A stretch of DNA of 64,000 nt from an uncultured bacterium (GCA_964588495.1 CAZPPS010000001.1:53367-117366), one strand, 5' to 3'. Counted from the stretch's first letter, positions 18,116 to 27,885 are shown. Notes: generated by a model from the sequence alone, not told the origin. A program made the numbers and translations.

Positions 18116-20256
18116 GTTGAACTCTCCATCAAATCGAGGTAAAGGCCAGGGTGACGGATCAGTTCATCATGCGCACCTCTTTGCACCACCTCTCCTTTGT
18201 CTAACACAATGATCTCATCACAATCCCGAATTGTACTTAAACGGTGTGCCACGATAATGGCAGAACATCCCCTTCTCTGGATATTCTCAGAGATTGTCTT
18301 CTCTGTTTCCGAATCAAGCGCACTTGTGGCCTCATCCATAATCAGCACTGAGGGTGAATAAAGGAGGGCCCGTGCAATTTCAAGCCGCTGCCGCTGCCCG
18401 CCACTTAAATTCCTCCCATGTTCGAGCAAAACATTTTCATATCCTGAAGGGCGGAGCATGATCTCTTCATGAATACCAGCATCCATAGCTGCCTGAATGA
18501 CAATATCTTCCGAAACAGCCCGATTCCAAAGCGTGATATTGTTTTTCACCGTCCCGGAAAATAAAAAAATTTGCTGATCGACATACCCAAAAGATTGATA
18601 GAAAGTAGAGGCTGGGATCTCTTTGAGGGATTTACCATCAAAAAGAATTTCCCCTTCCCAAGGAAGAAATAACCCGGAAGCGAGCTTTGCAATCGTCGAT
18701 TTTCCGGAGCCGCTAGGACCTACTAATGCCAACCTTTGACCTGGCTTGATTTTAAAACTGAAGTTTTTCAGAAGGGGTTCCGCCAACCTGCTATAACCAA
18801 AAGTTACATTGCGGAATTCGACAGTCCCTTCCAGTTTATTGGCCTCTCCCTCGTTTTCTCTGGAATACGAATAAACAGGATCGATTTTGTATTTCAAAAC
18901 GTCATCTAAACGTCCCAGATCAGTCTTGATCTGTTGCAAAGTCTGACCAAAGTTAACAAAACGGGTGATGGGAGTTAAAAAAGCGAGCAGCAAAGTTTGA
19001 ATAGAAATCAGCATACCAAAGCTCAGCTTCCCATCCATCACTTTCAAGCTGCCGAAGATCAGTACGATGGCCAAAGCAAATGCCTGTGTGGCAGTTGGGA
19101 CGACACTTAAAAAAGCATCTTTTTTGCTGATCTCCTGTTCTGCGTTGATCGTTTTCGCATAAAATCCCCCAAAACGGGCAAAAAAATCAGATTCCAGACC
19201 CGTTGCTTTGATCGTCTCCATTTGTTGCAACGCCCCAAGTGCACTGCTTAGCCACTTGCCGGTTTCCTGCTGAAGACGTGCGTATGAATCTGTGCGCGAT
19301 TTTTGAATCCAATAAAAAACAACGCTATTGACCAAAGCTGCAAGGAAGGCAATGCCTCCCAAAAAAAGGTCGTAGCTCAACATCACAATGCCATAAAAGA
19401 TAATCAGCAAGAGATCGATAAAAGTTGTGGCAAGGCCGCCCGTAAGCTGGGAGGCAACCTTCTCATTCAAAGTTGTCCGAAAAGCAATTTCTCCTGCGTA
19501 GCGCTGTGTGTAAAAGCTAACGGGAAGGCGGAGAAGATGCCATAAAAAATGGCTGGAAAACTGAATATCTAATCTTGATTTTAAACGACTTAAAAAATAA
19601 CTCTGAAGCCAGATCAATAATCCCCCAAGAGCTGCCATAAGGAGGATGCCTCCCATGAGTAACGAGGCCGGGCCGCTGGAATACTGCACTAAGACATTAT
19701 CGACAAAAATGCGGATAAAAGCAGGAAGAGCCAGCCCTGGAAGAAGAAGACAGACCCCTGCTAAAAATATATAAAAAAGAGCCATTCTGACATTTTTGAC
19801 TCTTTTATAAATTCCAAGCCACAAAGGCTCTGCGAGGCCACCTTTTTTAAAGTCCTTCGTTTTTTCAAAGACAAGGGCAATATCAAAATAACTCTGCGCG
19901 AACTCCTCATGTGTGACAGTTCTTGGTCCTAAAGCTGGGTCGTTTAAAAAAACTTTGTCTTTTGAAAACCCTTCGACAACAAGAAAGTGGTTCCCTTCCC
20001 ACAGAACCACAAAAGGAACTTGTATGGACCTGAGCTCATCGGCAGTTTTTCTAAAGCCCTTTCCCGAAAGTCCATATCCGGCTGCTGCTTTAATCATATT
20101 TAAGGCATTGCTCCCATCACGGGAAACGCCGCAATCCAGACGCAATTGAGCAAGGGGCACATGGCGGCCAAAATATTCAAGAATGATGGCAAGACAGGCA
20201 GCTCCACATTCGACTGCCTCCATTTGAATGACGGTCGGCGTTTTTACCCTTTTCAA
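18112..20256 (-). CDS. ABC exporter subunit 1 with an intact N-terminal C39 double-glycine-leader peptidase domain
   Basis: The C39 catalytic pattern is present: Q..ECGAACLAIILEYFG (Gln/Cys), WEGNHFLVVEG (His) and NDPA (Asp). A six-TM domain follows. Walker A GPSGSGKST, LSGGQRQR, LIMDEATSALD. A 4-bp overlap links it to both neighbours. Confidence 0.85.
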   Translation of the reverse strand: MKRVKTPTVIQMEAVECGAACLAIILEYFGRHVPLAQLRLDCGVSRDGSNALNMIKAAAGYGLSGKGFRKTADELRSIQVPFVVLWEGNHFLVVEGFSKDKVFLNDPALGPRTVTHEEFAQSYFDIALVFEKTKDFKKGGLAEPLWLGIYKRVKNVRMALFYIFLAGVCLLLPGLALPAFIRIFVDNVLVQYSSGPASLLMGGILLMAALGGLLIWLQSYFLSRLKSRLDIQFSSHFLWHLLRLPVSFYTQRYAGEIAFRTTLNEKVASQLTGGLATTFIDLLLIIFYGIVMLSYDLFLGGIAFLAALVNSVVFYWIQKSRTDSYARLQQETGKWLSSALGALQQMETIKATGLESDFFARFGGFYAKTINAEQEISKKDAFLSVVPTATQAFALAIVLIFGSLKVMDGKLSFGMLISIQTLLLAFLTPITRFVNFGQTLQQIKTDLGRLDDVLKYKIDPVYSYSRENEGEANKLEGTVEFRNVTFGYSRLAEPLLKNFSFKIKPGQRLALVGPSGSGKSTIAKLASGLFLPWEGEILFDGKSLKEIPASTFYQSFGYVDQQIFLFSGTVKNNITLWNRAVSEDIVIQAAMDAGIHEEIMLRPSGYENVLLEHGRNLSGGQRQRLEIARALLYSPSVLIMDEATSALDSETEKTISENIQRRGCSAIIVAHRLSTIRDCDEIIVLDKGEVVQRGAHDELIRHPGLYLDLMESST

Positions 20257-21080
20257 TGCGTCCCCTTTAAGCGGGTTACTGGTATTAGGTAATCAATGGG
20301 ACGTCTTTGTTCGAGAAAGATTTCAACATGAGCCACAGCTCCAAAATTCAGAGGAAAATCGGGACCTTTGGGCGTTGTCCACAAATAACCTGAAGGTGTT
20401 TCAGCTTTTGTGGGCTCAATGACGACAACAAGCGTTGCTTGATTGCCTGTGAGATAGTTTTTTAATTTCTCTGAAGGGATACTTTTTAAAACGCTGCCGC
20501 GAATAGTGGCAGAAAAAGGGAGCACTTTCACCACTTTTCCCTGCAATTTTCCATAAATGGTGGAATCGACAGAGTTGAAACTCATCTGAGCTTTCATCCC
20601 CACTTTAATTCCGCCGCCGCTCTCTAAAGGGAAAAAGCTGTAAATATTAGGACGGCTATCTCCGGCTTCTTTATTTTGAAACCAAATCAGATTTTTGCCG
20701 GGAACAGTTGCCTCTCCTGCAAGCACTTCCACAGACAAAATGGTTCCATCAGAGGGAGCCTTAATCGTTTGAGAAGAATTCAAAACTATGAGCACATCAT
20801 CTTTTTTGACCTCATCTCCCTGCTCTACATTCACTTTGCTGATATAATCGTCTGTGCGGCTCTGTATGAGCTCAACAGCTTCCGGTTGAAAGTAAATGCC
20901 CGTTCCATTCGCTGTCATCGTAATGCTTCCGACAAAAGACCAGATTAAAACAGCTGCCACAATTGCAACCGCGCAAAGGAGAGCAATCCACCCCGGCATC
21001 CGGATGATCACGAGGAGCTTGTCGAGTTGTTCTGGAGATGTGAGCCTCTCCAAGGCTTTTTTCTGCCGCGACTTATCCAT
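20253..21080 (-). CDS. Short HlyD-like secretion adaptor of the bacteriocin-type exporter
   Basis: N-terminal TM anchor (WIALLCAVAIVAAVLIW), lipoyl-like halves (VEQGDEVKKDDVLIVL ... APSDGTILSVEV) and a beta-barrel C-terminus. The long coiled-coil hairpin is absent (275 aa). Confidence 0.6.
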   Translation of the reverse strand: MDKSRQKKALERLTSPEQLDKLLVIIRMPGWIALLCAVAIVAAVLIWSFVGSITMTANGTGIYFQPEAVELIQSRTDDYISKVNVEQGDEVKKDDVLIVLNSSQTIKAPSDGTILSVEVLAGEATVPGKNLIWFQNKEAGDSRPNIYSFFPLESGGGIKVGMKAQMSFNSVDSTIYGKLQGKVVKVLPFSATIRGSVLKSIPSEKLKNYLTGNQATLVVVIEPTKAETPSGYLWTTPKGPDFPLNFGAVAHVEIFLEQRRPIDYLIPVTRLKGTH

Positions 21081-21237
21081 AAACTCATTTCTTAAAGTTT
21101 ATAGTTGAAAAATGCAAGTTTTCTCTTTCACACACGAGAAGCGCACCCAAAGAAAAAGCCTTTTTTATCAGTACAATCTCAATTAATGAATTGATTAAAA
21201 TAATTACTTTAAGTAATTTTAAAAAAAGGTTGTTTTT

Positions 21238-22392
21238 ATGAAAGCTGTTGTCTTCCACACACCGAAACGCGTTAAAGTTGATCAAGTTCCCGATCCCGTT
21301 TTAGAAGAAAAAACAGATATAATCCTTAAAGTCACATCTACTGCCATTTGCGGCTCTGATTTGCATATTTATAATGGGCTTATTCCCCAGGTTAAAAACA
21401 TGACGCTAGGTCATGAATTTATGGGTACTGTGGAAGAGGTGGGAAATGACATTAAGCACCTTAAAAAAGGAGACCGAGTCATTGTCCCCTTCCCTATAGC
21501 ATGTGGCAATTGCTTTTTCTGTACACATTCCTATCCTGTCCATTGTGAACATTCCAATCCCAATTATGGACCCGAAGGAGGCTTGCTCAAACAAAAAGGG
21601 GGCGCCCTTTTCGGCTATACTGATTTGTATGGCGGCTATCAAGGTGGGCAAGCGGAATATGTCCGTGTCCCCTATGCCAACTTTGGCCCCCGAAAGATTG
21701 AATCCGATCTCAAAGATGAAGAGGTCCTCTTTTTAACAGACATTTTTCCAACGGGCTGGTGTGCTGTTGAATGGGCTCGGCTAAAAGGTGGCGAGACAGT
21801 TGTGGTATTTGGTTGCGGTCCTGTTGGAATTATGGCCCAAAAAGCTGCTTGGCTAAAAGGTGCAGGACGTGTCATTGGAGTGGATTTACTCGATTACCGC
21901 CTCGATTATGCAAAAAAAGCTGCCCGCTCAGAAGTTTTCAACTTAAACAATGTGAATATTGTCGAAGCCATTCGTGAAATGACTCAGGGACGTGGCGCCG
22001 ATGTTTGTATCGATGCTGTTGGAATGGAGGCACACAGAAGCTTCGGAGAGAAAATTTCAAATCTTGCCCATTTACAGGCAGGAACCATCAATGTTATTGA
22101 TCTGGCAGCAAGCGCAGTCAGAAGAGGGGGCACCATTTCCATTGTCGGAGTTTACGCCACCAAATATAGTAATTTCCCGCTAGGCCAGCTTTTTGATAAA
22201 GGAATCTCCCTTGTCATGGGCCAAGCCGTTGTCCAAGTTCATATCGATCACCTTCTGCAACTTGTGCAGGAGAAAAAAGTGATCCTCGACGACATTATCA
22301 CACACACACTCCCTCTTTCTGAGGCTCCCCATGCCTATGACATCTTCAACAAAAAGGAAGACAACTGCCTGAAGGTCATCCTTAAACCCTAA
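21238..22392 (+). CDS. Zinc-dependent alcohol/formaldehyde dehydrogenase family protein
   Basis: Catalytic Zn ligands CGSDLH and GHEFMG, structural Zn cluster CGNCFFCTHSYPVHC, and Rossmann motif VVFGCGPVG. Confidence 0.8.
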   Translation: MKAVVFHTPKRVKVDQVPDPVLEEKTDIILKVTSTAICGSDLHIYNGLIPQVKNMTLGHEFMGTVEEVGNDIKHLKKGDRVIVPFPIACGNCFFCTHSYPVHCEHSNPNYGPEGGLLKQKGGALFGYTDLYGGYQGGQAEYVRVPYANFGPRKIESDLKDEEVLFLTDIFPTGWCAVEWARLKGGETVVVFGCGPVGIMAQKAAWLKGAGRVIGVDLLDYRLDYAKKAARSEVFNLNNVNIVEAIREMTQGRGADVCIDAVGMEAHRSFGEKISNLAHLQAGTINVIDLAASAVRRGGTISIVGVYATKYSNFPLGQLFDKGISLVMGQAVVQVHIDHLLQLVQEKKVILDDIITHTLPLSEAPHAYDIFNKKEDNCLKVILKP

Positions 22393-22399
22393 AGATCCC

Positions 22400-22475
22400 T
22401 GCAAAAACATAGAGAACACAGAGAAGGAAAAAAAATCTATTTCTCTGCTTCTTTGCACTTTCGCCTCTGAGTTAA
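22400..22475. repeat. Degenerate member of the same element family
   Basis: aacatagagaacacagagaagg ... ttctctgcttctttgcactttcgcctctgag. The arm symmetry is eroded. Confidence 0.5.
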
Positions 22476-22540
22476 AAAAGAGGTTTGCCAAAAAAGGGCG
22501 ACCTCTTTAAACTGAGCGGCAACTCAGTGAGTTTGGACTT

Positions 22541-23095
22541 ATGAAAAGAATTGAACAGAAAGAACAAACCCGGTTGTTTCTCCTGGAAAAGGCCTATGGG
22601 CAATTTGCGGAAAAAGGATTTTTGGCTGCTAAAACACTCGATATTGCGCAAGCGGCAGGCGTTTCTCATGGCACCTTATTCTTGCATTTCCCCACTAAAG
22701 AGGAGCTTTTGGTTAAATCCATTGATGCATTTGGACTGAAACTTGGTAAAAGACTCGAGGAGCTATCGGCTCGTAAAAAAAATGCCAAAGAGGTTTTGCG
22801 TGCCCATTTGGAAGCTATTGGAGAGTGCGAATCTTTTTATGCCAATCTTGTGATTGAAGGACCGCTCCTTCCGCCAACTGTTCGCGAGCGCGTTTTCATG
22901 ATCCAATCAGGCATTGCCCACTATTTAGAAAAAAATCTTGATCGTTCAATCCCTCTTTATTTCGTCCTCAATTCCTGGCTGGGATTGATTCATTACTATT
23001 TAGCGAATCGGGATCTTTTTGCCCCCAAACAATCGGTGATTGCCACCTGCGGCAAAGATCTCTTAGAAAATTTTGTGAAAACTTTTAACTTATAG
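22541..23095 (+). CDS. TetR/AcrR-family transcriptional regulator
   Basis: N-terminal HTH (FAEKGFLAAKTLDIAQAAGVSHGTLFLHFPTKEEL) plus a helical ligand domain. Confidence 0.75.
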   Translation: MKRIEQKEQTRLFLLEKAYGQFAEKGFLAAKTLDIAQAAGVSHGTLFLHFPTKEELLVKSIDAFGLKLGKRLEELSARKKNAKEVLRAHLEAIGECESFYANLVIEGPLLPPTVRERVFMIQSGIAHYLEKNLDRSIPLYFVLNSWLGLIHYYLANRDLFAPKQSVIATCGKDLLENFVKTFNL

Positions 23096-23101
23096 GAAAA
23101 C

Positions 23102-23353
23102 ATGGAAAAAACGTGTCCATCTTGTTATTCGTGCGGCATGCCCCTCAGAAAGACAGAAGATTATGCTTTAGGAGATGCGAACCAAAAGTATTGTTCTCAC
23201 TGTACAGATGCTCTTGGCAATCTGAAATCCTACGACGAGATCCTAAAGAATACGGCGGAATATCTTTCCTATTCTCAAGGTCTTGAAATGAAAGCAGCTA
23301 ATGAGCTTGCCCATAATTTGCTCTCACAACAACCCAAATGGTGTAAAAAATGA
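23102..23353 (+). CDS. Zinc-ribbon domain protein
   Basis: CPSCYSCG ... CSHC four-cysteine ribbon. Only 6 nt separate it from tetR, and a 4-bp overlap links it to the next gene. Confidence 0.5.
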   Translation: MEKTCPSCYSCGMPLRKTEDYALGDANQKYCSHCTDALGNLKSYDEILKNTAEYLSYSQGLEMKAANELAHNLLSQQPKWCKK

Positions 23354-23967
23354 AGATCGATCTTTACGGAATCATACACAAAGCTCAGCGCATGCACATG
23401 TTTGCTCTCGCAACCAAAATCGGCCGCACCGATTTGTCAGATCAACAAACGCTGAGCTCAATAGAGCACGAACTGCGTGCTTTCATCCAACACCTTCGGG
23501 GGCATGGACATAATGAAGATACTTTCATTCATCCATTGTTTCGCGAAGTGGGTGATCATGCAGCTGGAATTGATGAAGAACATGACGATCTTGACAAAGA
23601 ATTGGACAAGCTCGCGGACTTTTTAGATAAAAAAAACTGGAAAGAGCTCTACTCCACGTTTAACCGGTTTATTGGAATCTATTTGCTCCATCAAGATGAA
23701 GAAGAGAGCTTGCAAAGGGAAATTCTATGGCAACATTTCGAAAATGATCGATTAGCAGCTGTTCTGGATCATTTCCAAGCGAGCAGAGCCCCCGCTCAAC
23801 GTATGGAAGATCTAAAATTTATCCTTCCAGCCCTTAGCCCGAATGAGCTGACACACATTTATCAATCGATGAAAAGTCATCTCCCCGCTTTGACCGCTGC
23901 CCTTGCTATTGCCAAACAGGAGCTTGCAGAAGATGACTATTCTCATCTTTGTCGTTCATTAGGGTGA
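23350..23967 (+). CDS. Hemerythrin-like (HHE cation-binding) domain protein
   Basis: Spaced His/Glu ligand pattern (IHKAQR, HGHNEDTFIHP, EEHDDLDKEL, LLHQDEEE) in an all-helical 205-aa protein. Confidence 0.5.
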   Translation: MKIDLYGIIHKAQRMHMFALATKIGRTDLSDQQTLSSIEHELRAFIQHLRGHGHNEDTFIHPLFREVGDHAAGIDEEHDDLDKELDKLADFLDKKNWKELYSTFNRFIGIYLLHQDEEESLQREILWQHFENDRLAAVLDHFQASRAPAQRMEDLKFILPALSPNELTHIYQSMKSHLPALTAALAIAKQELAEDDYSHLCRSLG

Positions 23968-25149
23968 TTTATTTTTTAAAAAGAAAAATCTCAGCAACAA
24001 CATAACAATGCCGATGAGGAGAAAAAGCAGTGGAAGCACTGTTATGTGATAGATGGGTAAGATCTCTATGACAAGGAGAGAAAAAAAGGCAATTGTCATG
24101 TTGATGAAATTTAATACGGCAGAAGCATTGGATTTATTCTTTGCCACTGACATGGCATAACCCGAACTATTTGAGAATACAAGCGAAAGACCCAAGTACA
24201 TAAAAGGGATAGGGACAAAAAGGGTCCATGTGTTCACTTTGCCTATCAAAAAGAGGGTAAACATGATAAAGCTCGCAGCGATTGCGATCCCGATACCAAG
24301 AGTCAAAATGGTGGGAATTTCTTTTTTGCCCGCTAGTTGGTGTGTGAACACAGCACCCACGAGCATCCCCAGGGATGGGATGAAGTTTAGGAGTCCATAT
24401 TCTTTTGCCTGCAAACCAATCTCCTCAATCCCAATGAAAGGGGCTTCAGAGGCAAATAAATAAACAAAAGAGGAGGCGCCTCCCATGATTAGCGCACAGG
24501 TTACTAAAGTTCTAGATTTTAACTGCTCCAGAAAGCCTATTCGAATTTTTGAAAGATTCAAAGCCGTCAGATCCTTAAATTCCGCAGTTTCAGGCAAGCG
24601 TGTGCTGAGAATCAGCAAAATGACACTATAGACTGTTAAAACGTAAAAACAGCTCATCCAACCAAACTGATCGGTTAATAAGCCTCCAAATGCAACAGCA
24701 AGACCTGGGACAATTGCAAAAGCCAGCGTCAAATAAGAGAGTTTTTTGGTGGCCGCTGTTTGAGAATAGACATCGCCAATCATTGTAAAAGCGATTTTGA
24801 GCCCCACACAGCTTCCTAAGGCCTCAAGAAACCGACCGCACATAATCAGCCAAAATAAATGGAGCGCACCGCCGAGCAAAATCAGTAAGCAACCCACAAT
24901 TGCTACGGAAATGCCCATATAAATGGCTGGCTTTCTTCCAAACCGATTTGAAATAGGCCCATAGGGCAAATTCCCAACCGCATAACCAATTGCAAAAATG
25001 GTCATCGTGAGCTGAACTTTCATGGCCGGCAGCCCCAATTCACGTGCCATTTCAGGCAAAGCGGGCGAATATAAGACAGCCGAAACGGATGCAAAAGATG
25101 CTAACAGCAGTAAGATGAGTAACTGAGGTTCTTTAGATTGTGTCTGCAC
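23959..25149 (-). CDS. MFS transporter, Bcr/CflA-like drug-resistance subfamily
   Basis: 12 predicted TM helices with the loop 2-3 motif GPISNRFGRKP. Confidence 0.8.
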   Translation of the reverse strand: MQTQSKEPQLLILLLLASFASVSAVLYSPALPEMARELGLPAMKVQLTMTIFAIGYAVGNLPYGPISNRFGRKPAIYMGISVAIVGCLLILLGGALHLFWLIMCGRFLEALGSCVGLKIAFTMIGDVYSQTAATKKLSYLTLAFAIVPGLAVAFGGLLTDQFGWMSCFYVLTVYSVILLILSTRLPETAEFKDLTALNLSKIRIGFLEQLKSRTLVTCALIMGGASSFVYLFASEAPFIGIEEIGLQAKEYGLLNFIPSLGMLVGAVFTHQLAGKKEIPTILTLGIGIAIAASFIMFTLFLIGKVNTWTLFVPIPFMYLGLSLVFSNSSGYAMSVAKNKSNASAVLNFINMTIAFFSLLVIEILPIYHITVLPLLFLLIGIVMLLLRFFFLKNKSP

Positions 25150-25163
25150 AAAAAAAAGATAAT

Positions 25164-25940
25164 CTAATCTTGTAATTTTTTTCGAGCTTCTTCATCCGAA
25201 AGAATATGGGTAAAGGTGGAGTTAGAGAACTGGAAATCGGCGATCTCTTTGTTAAAAGCGGCCTTGTATGTGTCTGAAAAACCGTAGCGCAAACCAATGA
25301 ATTCAATCCCCTTTTCTTGGGCAAATTTTTCAATGGCAACAAGATGTGAGAGCGTGTCGTCGATGACAAGAATACGTTTAGGCTCTAAAGAAAGTTTTTC
25401 AAAGAGCGTAAATAAAGTCAGCCCTTTATTACGACCCGAAGCGTACAAGATACCAGAACGGTACAAAACTCCATGGCCACTGATTTGGAAATAGTGATCG
25501 TCAGGATGGGGAGCTGTGAGATTCAGGTCGATCTGGTATTCCAATAGATGTTGTTTCGTTCGTGTAGCAAGCGCTAAACCTTGGCTTGTTAGCCCCATGA
25601 CGGGATGTTTGCCATCCTGAATCAAGCGCACAATTTCAGATGCATCTCCTTCTACAAGCTGCATTTTGGTCAAATGGCGCACACATTGCCACTCGGCCAG
25701 GCTCTTTTCTAGGCTCTCTGCAACATCATGTCCATTTTCTTGATGGAAGCGCCGTCTAGATTGAAACCATTCATCTCCCCCCAGCATCTGAGCTGGCACA
25801 ACAAGTGTATCATCAATATCAAAGACAACAACTGTTTCTGGCTTGAGATAAGAAAGGGTCTCTTTGAGATTTTTTATCTCAAATATTTCTCCACAAAGAG
25901 TTGAGCTACAAAAAAGGATCAAAAACAATAGTCTAGACAT
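25164..25940 (-). CDS. Secreted HAD-superfamily-like protein (DUF2608-like)
   Basis: Signal peptide MSRLLFLILFCSSTLCG, HAD motif I VVFDIDDTLV and a late DD motif (ILVIDDTLSH). Confidence 0.55.
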   Translation of the reverse strand: MSRLLFLILFCSSTLCGEIFEIKNLKETLSYLKPETVVVFDIDDTLVVPAQMLGGDEWFQSRRRFHQENGHDVAESLEKSLAEWQCVRHLTKMQLVEGDASEIVRLIQDGKHPVMGLTSQGLALATRTKQHLLEYQIDLNLTAPHPDDHYFQISGHGVLYRSGILYASGRNKGLTLFTLFEKLSLEPKRILVIDDTLSHLVAIEKFAQEKGIEFIGLRYGFSDTYKAAFNKEIADFQFSNSTFTHILSDEEARKKLQD

Positions 25941-25998
25941 AATAGGCTCGGAGTGTACAAGATACGTTTCTCATTTTGCAAGTACTCCCTAAGACAGG

Positions 25999-26892
25999 CT
26001 ATATTTCCACACAAATTCGGTGTAAGCGCGCTGCAGATTGATCAATCAGATCGTGCACATCGGAAGGAATAGACCCCACAAATAAAGCGCTTAGACAGGT
26101 GAACATCATGTGCCTAATTTTTTGACTGCCAATCTCGTTGACAAACCTTCTTAAGAGATTTTTTTTCACGCCATATTTTTCCTCTTTAGAGAGTGTGTTC
26201 AATGGGGGCGTTATTCTAACCTCCTGCGCCAGCTTTTGGAGTGCAGTGATATCGATCTTCTTTATTGCACGATAAATTGCATCATTGGGACTTGAGGGAA
26301 TTTCAGAATACTTCAACGTACTTACGGAAGGGGCCTGAGCTAACTGTTGTATAAAATTTTGAAGTTCTTGAGTCATTAGCGTATATAACAAATCACCAAA
26401 ACAACTAAATAATAGATTTCGATCTACCACAATTTGTGTTTCAACCAGGCGCACAGAAAAAGAGTTATTTTTTGATTTGGCAACAAGGGTATAATCTTTT
26501 CCATATTGAAGTCCAAGCTCGGGCTTATCCTTGATTTTTGGTTCGATAGGCTCTGGTGTGAAAGAACTGCCGATCTTTAAATTGAGAATTTGATCCACGC
26601 TCAATTTTAAAGCCTTAGAACTGACAGGATCGGCCTCTTGATCTTTTCTGCAAACAAATAATAATTCTTGAGCTCCAGAGGACTTTAATGTGTTTGGAAC
26701 ATTAATACTAATAAGAGCTTTAGCATTATTAAAGATCAGATTAACAACCTCTTCAGCCTTCTGATTTTCAGTGGAATACGTGGAACCCTGCCAACAAAAA
26801 TTGATGGAGATCTTCTCTGCGACACCCTTTGTTGACATATTCCCCACAAATTTAGATTTTGTGAAGGAGTGTATAGGATATCCCCTTATCAA
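25999..26892 (-). CDS. Hypothetical protein, no recognisable domain
   Basis: Long ORF with coherent composition; an alternative start lies at 26838 (MSTKGVAEK). Nothing was recognised. Confidence 0.4.
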   Translation of the reverse strand: MIRGYPIHSFTKSKFVGNMSTKGVAEKISINFCWQGSTYSTENQKAEEVVNLIFNNAKALISINVPNTLKSSGAQELLFVCRKDQEADPVSSKALKLSVDQILNLKIGSSFTPEPIEPKIKDKPELGLQYGKDYTLVAKSKNNSFSVRLVETQIVVDRNLLFSCFGDLLYTLMTQELQNFIQQLAQAPSVSTLKYSEIPSSPNDAIYRAIKKIDITALQKLAQEVRITPPLNTLSKEEKYGVKKNLLRRFVNEIGSQKIRHMMFTCLSALFVGSIPSDVHDLIDQSAARLHRICVEI

Positions 26893-26990
26893 GCAAGCTG
26901 TCAGTGGCTAATTAACAAGACAATATTTTACTTAAGTTATCAAATAATCTTTATTATTAAAGACTTAGGAGCTAGAATGGAAATACGGAG

Positions 26991-27212
26991 GTGCTTATGC
27001 ATGTACTTAAGACAATTTCAAAGATTGGTTTAGCTGCCTTCCTGGTTTTAGGTGGATTATATACACTTTTCGGCATGACATCTGCAGTGTTCCTTGCAAT
27101 TATCGCAATTATTGCAATTGTGACTGGTATTTTGGTCCTTTTCACGCTGCGAGACAGATGTGATGTTGACCACAAGTATGGTGTCGATCACGACCGTAAA
27201 GATGTAAAATAG
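26991..27212 (+). CDS. Small membrane protein with a bilobed hydrophobic domain (Inc-like)
   Basis: 73 aa. Two hydrophobic helices (IGLAAFLVLGGLYTLFG / AVFLAIIAIIAIVTGILVLFTL) are separated by a 3-residue turn. Confidence 0.35.
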   Translation: MLMHVLKTISKIGLAAFLVLGGLYTLFGMTSAVFLAIIAIIAIVTGILVLFTLRDRCDVDHKYGVDHDRKDVK

Positions 27213-27627
27213 TTCTGGCAGTCAGCCACTTTGGGGGTGAACTCACGTTCATCCCCATTTTTTTGCTTTAAATTTATATTAACCTGAGTTTTGGGTTCTT
27301 TCCCCTCATTCTCAGGGATTTAATTTTATCTTAACATTCTGCGTAATAGGTAGTTCAGCCGTTTTAAGATCAGGAAGACATTGCTCTGATAATATTCTGG
27401 ATCATGTATCGAAGAGTTATCTGTATGTCTATTATGCGGGTGAGTTTAAATGTCCCAACCCCATGCCAATAAAAGCCCCCCTGATCGCATTACTGCGAAA
27501 ATTTGGGGCTCAAGAGCATGACTGCGTCACACCAAAAGCTTTAAAAAGGCAAGGTTATGACACCGGAGGGAATTTTACTTTAGGGGATATTGCCCGCTTT
27601 AAGTAAAAAGCCTTTAGGGTTTACCTA

Positions 27628-27885
27628 CTATTCTATAATGTCGTATTGCCCAGCTTTTTTTACACAACCACAGCAGCTTGCGATAAAACCAAGTATCGAA
27701 AGGGATCCTATAGCAATCATCGCATATGCTCCGCCCGGCAACATAGAGACAATCCCTTGAGTCCCTAAAATTCCCAACACAAACATTGTAATGCCCGCTG
27801 CGAAAAGAACCGCTGTTGTGCAACGCCGGATGGGTTTATGGGAGGGTTTATAGGTGGTTGCATCCAGATTAACTGACATAGCCAT
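27628..27885 (-). CDS. Small membrane protein with a bilobed hydrophobic domain (Inc-like)
   Basis: 85 aa. TTAVLFAAGITMFVLGILG and AYAMIAIGSLSILGFIASCCGC are separated by a short loop. Confidence 0.4.
   Translation of the reverse strand: MAMSVNLDATTYKPSHKPIRRCTTAVLFAAGITMFVLGILGTQGIVSMLPGGAYAMIAIGSLSILGFIASCCGCVKKAGQYDIIE

Noticed and set aside
21202-21218. The palindrome aattactt-t-aagtaatt in the divergent promoter between the exporter operon and the dehydrogenase gene, considered as an operator.
   Set aside because: It has only 8-bp arms in very AT-rich DNA, which is too likely by chance, and no second copy was seen near the TetR gene.
21085-21285. A 66-aa minus-strand ORF just upstream of the exporter operon, considered as a possible bacteriocin precursor.
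   Set aside because: It lies in the AT-rich divergent promoter region and overlaps the start of the dehydrogenase gene on the other strand. It has no Gly-Gly/Gly-Ala leader-type motif and an Ile/Leu/Asn/Lys composition typical of translated AT-rich DNA.
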